Positions 1 through 8,826 of a stretch of DNA of 25,374 bases are shown here, piece after piece. The translations under genes and the position numbers were made by a program. Source of the stretch: Bacillota bacterium (GTDB taxonomy: Bacteria; Bacillota; DTU025); assembly GCA_035382325.1 (NCBI GenBank), contig DAOTAC010000001.1, positions 1 through 25,374 of the forward strand. Direction: 5' to 3'. Numbering within the stretch: position 1 is the stretch's first letter; every line of letters begins with the position of its first letter. Below the pieces are notes generated by a model that saw only the letters and a program-made list of their open reading frames with translations, was not told the DNA's origin and did no database searches.

Positions 1-1980
1 AACATCATTGTCATGGTGGACGAAGCCCACAGGACGCAGTATGACATCCTGGCAATGAACATGAGAAATGCCCTGCCCAACGCCGCCTTCATCGCTTTCA
101 CCGGCACACCGCTCATGGCTGGCGAAGAACGCACCCGCGAGGTCTTCGGCGATTACGTGAGCGTATACAACTTCGCTCAGTCCGTTGAGGATAGCGCCAC
201 TGTCCCCCTGTACTATGAGAACCGCATACCCAGGCTCCAGCTGACCAACGAGGCGCTCAACGACGACCTAAATGAACTGCTTGACAGTGCTGCTCTCGAT
301 GAGGAACAAGAGAAGAAGCTGGAGCGGGAGTTCGCCCGCCAGTACCACCTGATCACCAGGGATGACAGGCTCGAAGCTATCGCAGAGGACATAGTGGCCC
401 ACTTCATGGGCAGAGGCGATATGGGCAAGGCCATGGTGGTGTCAGTAGACAAGGCTACCGCTGTGCGGATGTACGATAAAGTGGGCAAGTACTGGCGGCA
501 GTATCTGGATGAACTCAGGGCCGAATACCGGCGCTCATCAGGCCAAAAGCGCGATACGCTGGCGGAGCGGGTCAAGTTCATGGAGGAGACAGACATGGCC
601 GTCGTGGTGTCGAGCGCTCAGAACGAAGTAGAGGACTTCGCCGCCAAGGGCCTGGACATCTTGACTCACCGTAAGCGCATGATCAATGAGCAACTGGACA
701 CCAAGTTCAAGAACCCTGACGATCCGCTGCGCATCGTATTCGTGTGCGCTATGTGGATCACCGGCTTTGACGTGCCATGCCTGTCTACCATCTACCTAGA
801 CAAGCCGATGAAGAACCACACGTTAATGCAGACGATTGCCAGGGCCAACAGAGTGTTCAAAGACAAGACCAATGGCCTCATTGTGGACTACATAGGCATC
901 TTCCGAGATCTCCAGCGGGCGCTCGCTATCTACGGCACCGCGCAGGGCGGCGCTGCCGGCGAAGGGGACATGCCAATCAAGGACAAGGATGAACTCGTAG
1001 GGGCGCTTGGGACGGCTCTGGAAGAGGCCGAGAAACACTGCCGAAGATTCAACGTGGACCCGGAGGTCATCCTCGCCTCGCAGGGCAACGAATGTGCGGC
1101 GTTGATCGCAGATGCGGCAGACTCTCTGCTCGAGACCGAGGAATCCAGGAAGGAATACATGTCGCTTGCCGGCGATGCCATCAAGCTGTACAAGGCCATA
1201 CTGCCTGACCCAAGGGCATCCGAATTCCAGGCCAGAGTCACGCTTCTTGCTGTACTCGTAGCCAGAATTCGCTCGTTAGCCCCTCAAACCGACATTTCGC
1301 AGGTCATGGAAGGGGTCAATGCGTTGCTTGACGACTCCATAGCCACCGACGGCTACCGGATTAGCGATCCTGTGTCAGTAGTCGACCTGAGCCAGATCGA
1401 TTTCGAGGCTCTCAGGAAGAAGTTCGATGAGGGACGGAAACGGACCATCGCTGAACAACTCAAAGGGGCCATCAACAGCAAATTGCAGAAGATGGTTCGG
1501 CTCAATAAGTCCCGTACGGATTTTGCGGACAAATTCCAGAAGCTCATAGACGACTACAATGCCGCATGCCTCGCAGGAAATCCCGACATCGACGACTTCT
1601 TCGGCAAGCTTGTGGAGTTCACCAAAGAGCTGGACGCGGAGGAGAGACGCGGCATCGCCGAGCAGCTATCAGAAGAGGAGCTCGCGATGTTCGACATCTT
1701 GACCAAGCCTCATATAAACCTTGACGAGAAGGAGAAGAGCCAGGTCAAGCAGGTAGCTCGGGATCTTCTCGAAACCCTTAAGACAAGCAAGCTCGTGCTG
1801 GATTGGCGCAAGCGTCAGCAATCCAGGGCCCAGGTTAGGCAGGCCATAGACATCAAGCTCGACGAGCTTCCGAGATGCTACACCAAAGAGATCTACAGGC
1901 AGAAGTGTGATGACGTCTTCCGCCACGTGTACGACTCGTACTACGGAGCTGGGCAGAGCATATATAGCCAGGCTGGGTAG
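1..1980 (+). CDS. hsdR: Type I restriction-modification system restriction subunit R, C-terminal part (5' end outside window)
   Basis: Frame is open from position 1. Helicase motifs VDEAHRTQY (DEAH box), FTGTP, MWITGFDVP and LMQTIARANR, followed by the helical C-terminal region typical of HsdR. Stop TAG at 1978-1980. Confidence 0.93.
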   Translation, partial: NIIVMVDEAHRTQYDILAMNMRNALPNAAFIAFTGTPLMAGEERTREVFGDYVSVYNFAQSVEDSATVPLYYENRIPRLQLTNEALNDDLNELLDSAALDEEQEKKLEREFARQYHLITRDDRLEAIAEDIVAHFMGRGDMGKAMVVSVDKATAVRMYDKVGKYWRQYLDELRAEYRRSSGQKRDTLAERVKFMEETDMAVVVSSAQNEVEDFAAKGLDILTHRKRMINEQLDTKFKNPDDPLRIVFVCAMWITGFDVPCLSTIYLDKPMKNHTLMQTIARANRVFKDKTNGLIVDYIGIFRDLQRALAIYGTAQGGAAGEGDMPIKDKDELVGALGTALEEAEKHCRRFNVDPEVILASQGNECAALIADAADSLLETEESRKEYMSLAGDAIKLYKAILPDPRASEFQARVTLLAVLVARIRSLAPQTDISQVMEGVNALLDDSIATDGYRISDPVSVVDLSQIDFEALRKKFDEGRKRTIAEQLKGAINSKLQKMVRLNKSRTDFADKFQKLIDDYNAACLAGNPDIDDFFGKLVEFTKELDAEERRGIAEQLSEEELAMFDILTKPHINLDEKEKSQVKQVARDLLETLKTSKLVLDWRKRQQSRAQVRQAIDIKLDELPRCYTKEIYRQKCDDVFRHVYDSYYGAGQSIYSQAG

Positions 1981-2088
1981 CGTGGGTTGCGCTGGAGACC
2001 GGCGCGAGCCTGCATCCGGGTCCTTCTTGCCACAGTGCGGGTACAATGTAGCAGTACACAAGATCTGGCTGCCGAGGAGGAGATCACA

Positions 2089-2859
2089 ATGACCGTAAAG
2101 AGGGAATTCCCCATATTGGAGTTTGACCCCGCCTCGCCGGCGAAGATCCAGCCTTCCAACATCATCAGAAAACGTAATGTGCCAAAGCATTGCGTGATTA
2201 CGTTTTTCGGTGACGTTATTGGGAGAATGCTTAGTGAGGGAAGACTAAGCAAAATCGCGGAGTTTCATACAGCAACAGTCATATTGCCTATCTATCGCAC
2301 CGAGTATAGCGGAAAACCTATCGGGATTGTGCAGGGTTATCTGGGAGCAGCAGGTTCCGGCGGGCAACTTGAAGAGCTAATCGCCATGGGATTTGAGAGA
2401 TTTATCGTATGTGGTGCTGCCGGGGTATTGCAAAAGGGCGTTCAAGTAGGTCATCTGGTTGTTCCATATTCAGCAATCAGGGACGAAGGCCTTTCATATC
2501 ACTACCTAGAGCCGTCTAGGGAAGTCGAATGTAGCAAGCAAGCGCTGAAATGCATTACCGATTATCTGGAGATCAACCGCATTCCATTCATCAAAGCCAA
2601 AACGTGGACTACCGATGCGTTTTACCGTGAAACAGAAGACAAAATAGCCTTGCGCATTTCTGAGGGATGCGTGACTGTAGAAATGGAAGCCGCAGCATTT
2701 TTCGCAGTATCGAAATTCAGAAATGTTGTGCTCGGACAGATTCTTCATGGCGGAGATGATCTGAGTGGCATTGAATGGGATGCAAGGAATTGGGCGAGTA
2801 GGGAAGACATCAGGGCCAATCTAGTCGATTTGTCCATAGCCATTTGCCTGGAGCTATAG
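2089..2859 (+). CDS. Nucleoside phosphorylase (PNP/UDP phosphorylase family 1, uridine-phosphorylase-like)
   Basis: Start moved from the ORF-track 1987 to ATG 2089, which follows SD GAGGAGG (2074-2080). Motifs LEELIAMG, AIRDEG.SYHY, WTTDAFYRET and VEMEAAA. Two sampled 60-nt blocks are 47% and 43% GC. Confidence 0.88.
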   Translation: MTVKREFPILEFDPASPAKIQPSNIIRKRNVPKHCVITFFGDVIGRMLSEGRLSKIAEFHTATVILPIYRTEYSGKPIGIVQGYLGAAGSGGQLEELIAMGFERFIVCGAAGVLQKGVQVGHLVVPYSAIRDEGLSYHYLEPSREVECSKQALKCITDYLEINRIPFIKAKTWTTDAFYRETEDKIALRISEGCVTVEMEAAAFFAVSKFRNVVLGQILHGGDDLSGIEWDARNWASREDIRANLVDLSIAICLEL

Positions 2860-2972
2860 ATCACCTGATAGCCGTGAAGGGAGAAAAGCCATCGATCAAG
2901 ATTGGCGGCCGGGCACACTCACTCATGCTCCACGGGCTGCATAGGGACGGTCGCGGACTCGCGTACACACGA

Positions 2973-3010
2973 TTAACTTCCCCCCTCATACGTGCTACAT
3001 TATCAATGTA
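2973..3010 (+). promoter_or_regulatory. Candidate sigmaA/70 promoter with an overlapping inverted-repeat operator for the ABC exporter
   Basis: TTAACT (2973-2978), 17 nt spacer, TACATT (2996-3001); each box is a 4/6 match. The -10 box is the left arm of the inverted repeat TACATT-ATC-AATGTA (2996-3010). Confidence 0.4.
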
Positions 3011-3070
3011 TCTATGATTCTGGCCTGCTCAAACAGCTTGTGCTGCCAGTAGCCCCGGGGGGCCGTCTAT

Positions 3071-4801
3071 GTGAAAAGACTTGCGGTATACATGAAGCCT
3101 TACATTGTCTTCTTTCTTGTTGCGCCTGTCTTTAAGGCCATTGAGGCATCGGCTGAACTGCTTCAGCCCAAGATCATGACCACTACGGTGAATGCGGGCA
3201 TCATAGCAGGCGATGTTAGTGTCATCTGGCGAAATGGGCTGCTTATGCTGGGTGTCGCGCTGGTGGGGATTGCGGGCGGCGTCGGTGCATGTTGGTTTGC
3301 CGCCAAGTCGTCGCAGGGGTTCGGCGCTGATCTGCGGCGTGCGGTGTTTCAAAAGGTTCAGAGCTTCTCCTTTTCTGACCTCGACCGGTTCTCCACGGGC
3401 TCACTCGTCACACGTCTCACCAATGACATCACCCAGTTGGAGAATACGTCCCTCATGATGCAGCGGATCATGGTTAGGGCGCCCCTACTCTGCATAGGCG
3501 CGATCATCATGACCATCTCGATCCAGCCTCGTCTTGCTGTGGCGCTTGTGTCAATGGCAGTGGCGCTGCTATGTGCTGTTCTTTTTATTATGGGCCGGGC
3601 GTTTCCCCTGTTCGGCCAGGTGCAGCAGTGCCTGGACGCTGTCAATACTACGATGCAGGAGAACCTTGCCGGGATGCGTACGGTCAAATCGTTCGTCCGA
3701 GCCGGCTTCGAAGTCGAGCGCTTCGACCGCGTCAATGAGCGGCTCTACAACACGAGTGTCGCTGCGGGCAGGGTGATGGCATTTAGCCAGCCTACGGTGT
3801 ATTTCGGTATGAACATTGCGGCCCTGATAGTCCTGTGGCGGGGCGGCCGCCTGGTTGCCGGCCGCGAGATGGAAGTCGGCCAGATCATGGCGGTCATGCA
3901 GTACATCACTCAGATTCTCTTCTCCCTGTCGATGCTTGGATTCCTCCTGATCAACCTGGTCCGGGCCCGCGCGTCGGCCCTTCGCGTCATCGAAGTCCTC
4001 GAAGTAGAGCCCAAGATACGGAGCAGCCCGGAGGCCCGCCGCGATGCGTGTGTCACCCGGGGTGAGGTGGAGTTTCGCAATGTCACGTTTAGGTACCCAG
4101 GCGCCGTCGGAGATCCGGTCCTCAGCGGTGTCTCGTTTCATCTACGCCCCGGCGAGACCCTTGGCGTGCTCGGCGGAACCGGCTCGGGCAAGTCGACACT
4201 TGTCCACTTAATACCGCGTCTGTACGATGTAACGAATGGCCAGCTCCTGGTGGACGGGGTAGATGTGCGCGATTACGTCCTGGAGAGTCTGCGGGCCGGC
4301 ATAGGCATGGTGCTGCAGGACACGGTGCTCTTCTCCGGGACGATAGAGGACAACTTGCGGTGGGGAGCGCCTGACGCGTCCTGCGAAAGCCTTCAAAAGG
4401 CCGCCTCACAGGCACAGGCCACGCAGTTCATCGACAAGATGCCGCTGGGATATGGAAGCCCGATAGGGCAGCGGGGAGCCGGGCTCTCAGGCGGCCAGCG
4501 CCAACGCCTATCCATCGCCCGGGCGCTGGTGAAGAACCCGTCCATACTGATACTCGACGATGCCACCAGCGCAGTCGATACCCGCACTGAAGTAGCATTG
4601 CGCCAGGCACTCCGCGAAGAGCGGCGGGCGGCGACGACAATCATTATAGCCCAGCGCGTGACCAGCGTGATGGGTGCAGACCGGATACTGGTGCTCGAAA
4701 ACGGGCGGGTCTCCGCCATAGGCCGCCACGAGGAGTTGCTTGAGTCCTGCCCCGCGTATCGCGAACTGTGCCGACTTCAGCTGGGAACGGAGGCGGTGTG
4801 A
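3071..4801 (+). CDS. Heterodimeric multidrug-type ABC exporter, subunit 1 (TM287-like, degenerate NBD)
   Basis: N-terminal TMD plus NBD. Walker A GGTGSGKST, signature LSGGQRQR, Walker B ILDDA (Asp replaces the catalytic Glu), switch IIAQR (Gln replaces His). This is the degenerate-site pattern of TM287/LmrC-type subunits. GTG start. Confidence 0.9.
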   Translation: MKRLAVYMKPYIVFFLVAPVFKAIEASAELLQPKIMTTTVNAGIIAGDVSVIWRNGLLMLGVALVGIAGGVGACWFAAKSSQGFGADLRRAVFQKVQSFSFSDLDRFSTGSLVTRLTNDITQLENTSLMMQRIMVRAPLLCIGAIIMTISIQPRLAVALVSMAVALLCAVLFIMGRAFPLFGQVQQCLDAVNTTMQENLAGMRTVKSFVRAGFEVERFDRVNERLYNTSVAAGRVMAFSQPTVYFGMNIAALIVLWRGGRLVAGREMEVGQIMAVMQYITQILFSLSMLGFLLINLVRARASALRVIEVLEVEPKIRSSPEARRDACVTRGEVEFRNVTFRYPGAVGDPVLSGVSFHLRPGETLGVLGGTGSGKSTLVHLIPRLYDVTNGQLLVDGVDVRDYVLESLRAGIGMVLQDTVLFSGTIEDNLRWGAPDASCESLQKAASQAQATQFIDKMPLGYGSPIGQRGAGLSGGQRQRLSIARALVKNPSILILDDATSAVDTRTEVALRQALREERRAATTIIIAQRVTSVMGADRILVLENGRVSAIGRHEELLESCPAYRELCRLQLGTEAV

Positions 4802-4802
4802 G

Positions 4803-6701
4803 ATGAGCGGGAGCACACCTAGGGAAGGCTCTGATCGGCGCCCCGGCGAATTTGGCCCGCAAGTAGGCTCCCAGCTAGGCCCCAGGTTTGGTTCCCGAGC
4901 CAGCCGCCTCGGACCTGTATCGAAACCTAAGGACATTGGGGCCGTCCTGGCTCACCTGTGGGTTTACCTGAGGCAGCAACGACGCACTCTGGCGCTGGTG
5001 TTTGCGGCTACATTAGTCAGCTCGCTAGTATCGATATTTGGGCCTCGTCTTATTGGAACCGCCATTGATCCGTACGTCCTGGACGGCGATCTTCTAGGGC
5101 TGAGCCGGATACTCATCCTCCTTTCTGCGATGTACGCGTCGAGCTCTCTCGCGTCTTGGGTCCAGCAGACCTGCATGGTGGGGTTGTCGAACCGAGCCCT
5201 CCGCGAGATGCGGCACGACCTGTTCGCCAAGGTACAGGCACTTCCCCTGTCTTTTTTCGACAGCGCAACCCATGGCGATCTCATGAGCCGGCTCGCCAAC
5301 GACGTCGATACTGTGGGCATGGCGCTAGGCCAGCCCATCGTTCAGCTCTTTTCGTCGGTGGTAAGCATCTCGGGAACGCTGATCATTATGTTCTCGATGA
5401 GCGTGTGGATGGCACTGACTGTGCTGGCAATGGTCCCGGTGACTTTGCTAGTCACCACCAAGGTGGCGGGCTGGTCAAGGAAGCTCTACAGACGCCGTCA
5501 GGAGGCTCTGGGCGAGATCAACGGATACATCGAAGAGATGGTGACAGGCGCCCGGGTCGTCAAGGTATTCGGCCGTGAGGACGACGCATGCGCCGCATTC
5601 AATGACAAGAGCGAGCGGTTACGGGACATCGCCTACAGGACTGAACTCGTGTCCGGCATGTTCATGCCAGCTATGCACCTGCTCGACAATTTGAGTTTCG
5701 CAGTGGTGGCTCTCATTGGAGCACTGCTGGCAGCGAACGGGATCATTCATCTCGGGATCGTCGCGTCCTTCATAATATACTCGCGCCAGTTCATGCAACC
5801 CGTCCGGGATTTATCGAACCAGTGGAACACCTTTCAGTCCGGCCTGGCAGGCGCGGAGCGCGTGTTCGAGATCATGGATACCGAGTCCGAAGCCGACGCC
5901 CCGGGCGCAAACGACCTGCGTCTGCCGGTTTCGGGCCACGTCGAGTTTGAACGCGTATCGTTTGGCTATAAGCCGGGCGTGCCTGTACTGACCGACATAT
6001 CACTGGAGGCCAAACCGGGTCAGACCATCGCGCTGGTGGGCGCCACAGGCTCAGGAAAGACAACCATCATCAGCTTGCTGTCACGTTTCTACGACATAGA
6101 AGAAGGACACATATACGTAGACGGCGTGGATGTCCGGGAAATCCGCAGGGAATCCCTGCGCCGCGCTCTCGGCATTGTTCTGCAGGACTCCCAGCTCTTT
6201 TCGGGGACCGTGCGGGAGAACATACGCTACGGGCGCCCGGACGCCTCCGACGCCGATGTCGAAAAAGCCGCGGAGCTGGCGCTTGCGGATCCGTTCATTC
6301 GTCGAATGCCTGAAGGCTACGATTCTGTGCTCACCGCCGACGGAGGCAATCTCAGCCACGGACAGCGCCAGTTGCTCTGCATCGCCCGCGCAGTGCTGGC
6401 AGACCCGGCCATACTCATACTCGACGAAGCTACCTCGAGTGTGGACACCCGGACCGAACTGAGGATACAGCAAGCCATCCTCCGGTTGATGCGTGGCCGC
6501 ACGAGTTTCGTCATCGCACACCGACTGTCCACCATTCAAGGCGCCGACCAGATACTCGTCATCGACCACGGCCGCATAGTCGAGCGCGGCGCCCATGACG
6601 AGTTGCTGGCCAGGGGCGGCGCATACGCCCGGCTCCATGAAAGCCAGTTCCACGTCGCTGCGCAGCCCGCAATGGGTCATGGCATATTTGAGTCAGTGTA
6701 G
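4803..6701 (+). CDS. Heterodimeric multidrug-type ABC exporter, subunit 2 (TM288-like, consensus NBD)
   Basis: ATG 4803 follows SD GGAGG and the upstream stop. Gly/Pro-rich N-terminus, then TMD, Walker A GATGSGKTT, non-canonical signature LSHGQRQ, Walker B ILDEA and switch IAHR. Confidence 0.9.
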   Translation: MSGSTPREGSDRRPGEFGPQVGSQLGPRFGSRASRLGPVSKPKDIGAVLAHLWVYLRQQRRTLALVFAATLVSSLVSIFGPRLIGTAIDPYVLDGDLLGLSRILILLSAMYASSSLASWVQQTCMVGLSNRALREMRHDLFAKVQALPLSFFDSATHGDLMSRLANDVDTVGMALGQPIVQLFSSVVSISGTLIIMFSMSVWMALTVLAMVPVTLLVTTKVAGWSRKLYRRRQEALGEINGYIEEMVTGARVVKVFGREDDACAAFNDKSERLRDIAYRTELVSGMFMPAMHLLDNLSFAVVALIGALLAANGIIHLGIVASFIIYSRQFMQPVRDLSNQWNTFQSGLAGAERVFEIMDTESEADAPGANDLRLPVSGHVEFERVSFGYKPGVPVLTDISLEAKPGQTIALVGATGSGKTTIISLLSRFYDIEEGHIYVDGVDVREIRRESLRRALGIVLQDSQLFSGTVRENIRYGRPDASDADVEKAAELALADPFIRRMPEGYDSVLTADGGNLSHGQRQLLCIARAVLADPAILILDEATSSVDTRTELRIQQAILRLMRGRTSFVIAHRLSTIQGADQILVIDHGRIVERGAHDELLARGGAYARLHESQFHVAAQPAMGHGIFESV

Positions 6702-6734
6702 CGACACAAGCCGCGGCACTTGCTGAGCAGGGCT

Positions 6735-7012
6735 TTGCGCGACCGTATGGAAAATCGTACGGCCTTTCCACCAGCCTGATGGAAAACCAGACGGTTCGGC
6801 ACGGCCGGGCCAAATCGGGGGAGGATTGGGGATCGCAGGGCCCTAGGGTGGCGGTTCGCCACGGCCTGCTATCAAGGCGCCGTGTCCTTATGCCGGTTCT
6901 AGCTGCGCATTCGATAATCACTAATAGTCTGGAAAAGAGGAGCCCTACTGTCGGTTGCGTTCGGAGAAGCCCATGTGTTCAGAACCGTTGGGTTTCCCAT
7001 ACGGTCTCGCAA
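6735..7012. repeat. Three-copy imperfect repeat (two direct, one inverted) between convergent operons
   Basis: Copy A 6735-6762 ttgcgcgaccgtatggaaaatcgtacgg; copy B 6779-6797 atggaaaaccagacggttc; copy C 6982-7012, whose reverse complement is ttgcgagaccgtatgggaaacccaacggttc. A vs rc(C) 23/28 identical; B vs rc(C) 16/19. Confidence 0.6.
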
Positions 7013-7165
7013 GAAGCGGTGCGGAAAACCAACAGGTGGTGGGGCTGGCTGGCAAACACAGGGGAACTGCAGGTACAGCCCGCCTTTGCCAGATGAACTG
7101 CCATGATTCGAGGAGACTGCGAGGTACTTGAAGGCAGGATCCGTGAGGAGCTTGACAACATCGGA

Positions 7166-8752
7166 TCATCCCTGAAGACTGAGGGCGGCGTTGTCAGCAT
7201 TGGCGTCGGCGTCGGCGCCGGCGGGCCTATTCGCCCCTGCCATGAGCAGCCCGAGTTCCTCCAGCGAGACGCTGTCGGCCTCCACGACGGCGACTATTTT
7301 GCCTTCGTAGATCACAGCTATCCTATCAGACAAGTTGAGGATTTCGTCTAGTTCCTCCGAAATGAGGAGTATCCCGCCTCCCGAGTCGCGCACGTCGAGC
7401 AGGCGTCGGTGGACGTACTCGGTGGCCGCGATATCCAGGCCGCGCGTGGGATAGCACGCTAGCAACACAGCAGGCTTCCGCGTTATGTCGCGGGCTAGGA
7501 TAACCTTCTGGATGTTGCCTCCCGATAGGCTGCCGGCGCGCGTTTCTACGCTGGGGGTCCTGACATCAAACGTCTCCACGGTCTTGCGCGACCAGTTCCG
7601 GATCACGTCGTTCTGCAGGAAAATCCAGCGGGCGAATGGAGGCCTATGGTGGTCTTTGAGAATCAGATTCTCCTCTACCGAAAACGACTGGATGATGCCG
7701 AAACTGAGCCTATCTTCCGGTACGTAGCCGAGACCGGCGTCGATCATCGCTGCCGGCGAAGCGCCGGTAAGGTCATGGCCGCGCAGGCGCACTTTGCCGC
7801 GACTCACCCGGCGAAGGCCGGTCATGATCTCAGCCAGTTCTCTCTGGCCATTGCCAGACACTCCGGCAAGCCCCAGGATCTCACCTTCCCGCACCGCAAG
7901 CGATAGGCCCTTCAGTGCAGGGAGGCCATTGTCGGCGTCGGCCCAGACTTGGTCCAGTTCCAACACGGGTTGCCCGTGCGAGGCTTCTCCAGTGCGCTTG
8001 GCAGCTTCAATCTTGCGTCCTACCATCATCGTCGCCAAGGACTCCGGGCTGGCCTGTGAGGTCGGCACGGTTCCGACCACAGCGCCTGCCCGGAGCACTG
8101 TTACGCGGTCGCTTACCGCCATGACTTCGTTCATCTTGTGGCTTATGAAGACCAGTGACTTCCCGGCCTGGGCCATTCCGCGGAGTATGGCTATGAGCTC
8201 GCCCGCCTCCTGCGGCGTCAGCACCGCAGTGGGTTCGTCTAGGATGAGCAACTCGGCGCCGCGGTACAGCGCTTTGATGATCTCTACGCGCTGTTGCTCG
8301 CCCACCGACAACTGCCATACGGGCGCGTCGGGCCTGATTCTGAAACCGTATTCGTCGCCCAGCTCCACAATGCGCTGTGACGCGGTGTCGAGATCGAGAA
8401 GGGGGCCTCTCGCCGATTGCAGGCCGAGCACGACGTTTTCGACCACAGTGAGGCTGGGGACGAGCATGAAGTGCTGGTGTACCATGCCGATGCCCAGGGC
8501 TATAGCATCACGCGGAGAGTTGATCGTCACTGCCTCTCCGTTGACCAGTATCTGCCCGGAGTCGGGTCGATACAGCCCGTATAGCACTTTCATCAACGTG
8601 GTCTTGCCCGCGCCGTTCTCGCCTAGAAGCGCAAGCACCTCACCGGAGTTGATATCGAGGTCAACGCAATCGTTGGCCCGAACCCCGGGGAAGGTCTTCG
8701 TTATCTGGCGCATCTTCACGTGTTTGATGCGAGGCCCCGATGTCGATCCCAT
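7166..8752 (-). CDS. Nucleoside/sugar ABC importer ATP-binding protein, tandem NBD (CUT2 family, NupO/YufO-like)
   Basis: ATG at 8752 follows SD GAGGAG. Walker A GENGAGKTT, GMVHQHF, LSVGEQQRVEI, ILDEPT; second NBD has LSGGNIQK and ISEELDE. Confidence 0.9.
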   Translation of the reverse strand: MGSTSGPRIKHVKMRQITKTFPGVRANDCVDLDINSGEVLALLGENGAGKTTLMKVLYGLYRPDSGQILVNGEAVTINSPRDAIALGIGMVHQHFMLVPSLTVVENVVLGLQSARGPLLDLDTASQRIVELGDEYGFRIRPDAPVWQLSVGEQQRVEIIKALYRGAELLILDEPTAVLTPQEAGELIAILRGMAQAGKSLVFISHKMNEVMAVSDRVTVLRAGAVVGTVPTSQASPESLATMMVGRKIEAAKRTGEASHGQPVLELDQVWADADNGLPALKGLSLAVREGEILGLAGVSGNGQRELAEIMTGLRRVSRGKVRLRGHDLTGASPAAMIDAGLGYVPEDRLSFGIIQSFSVEENLILKDHHRPPFARWIFLQNDVIRNWSRKTVETFDVRTPSVETRAGSLSGGNIQKVILARDITRKPAVLLACYPTRGLDIAATEYVHRRLLDVRDSGGGILLISEELDEILNLSDRIAVIYEGKIVAVVEADSVSLEELGLLMAGANRPAGADADANADNAALSLQG

Positions 8753-8826
8753 GAATATCGCACTCCTCAACCGCTTGCTGGGCTACTAGAACCGCCTGCT
8801 GAGCTACTGCAACCGCTTACCGGATA

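Noticed and set aside
4836-4915. Degenerate 12-nt repeat at the 5' end of exporter subunit 2
   Set aside because: It encodes the Gly/Pro-rich disordered N-terminus that is common in TM288-like subunits.
6779-7096. 105-aa intergenic ORF
   Set aside because: No SD, no recognisable motif, and it overlaps the repeat copies.
6745-7165. CsrA/RsmA-sequestering sRNA suggested by repeated GGA motifs
   Set aside because: GGA frequency is only modestly above chance for this GC content, and no promoter or terminator delimits a transcript.
7794-8789. 331-aa plus-strand ORF and the many other overlapping ORFs in the track
   Set aside because: Antisense or alternate-frame shadows of well-supported genes in high-GC DNA, with no motifs or SDs.
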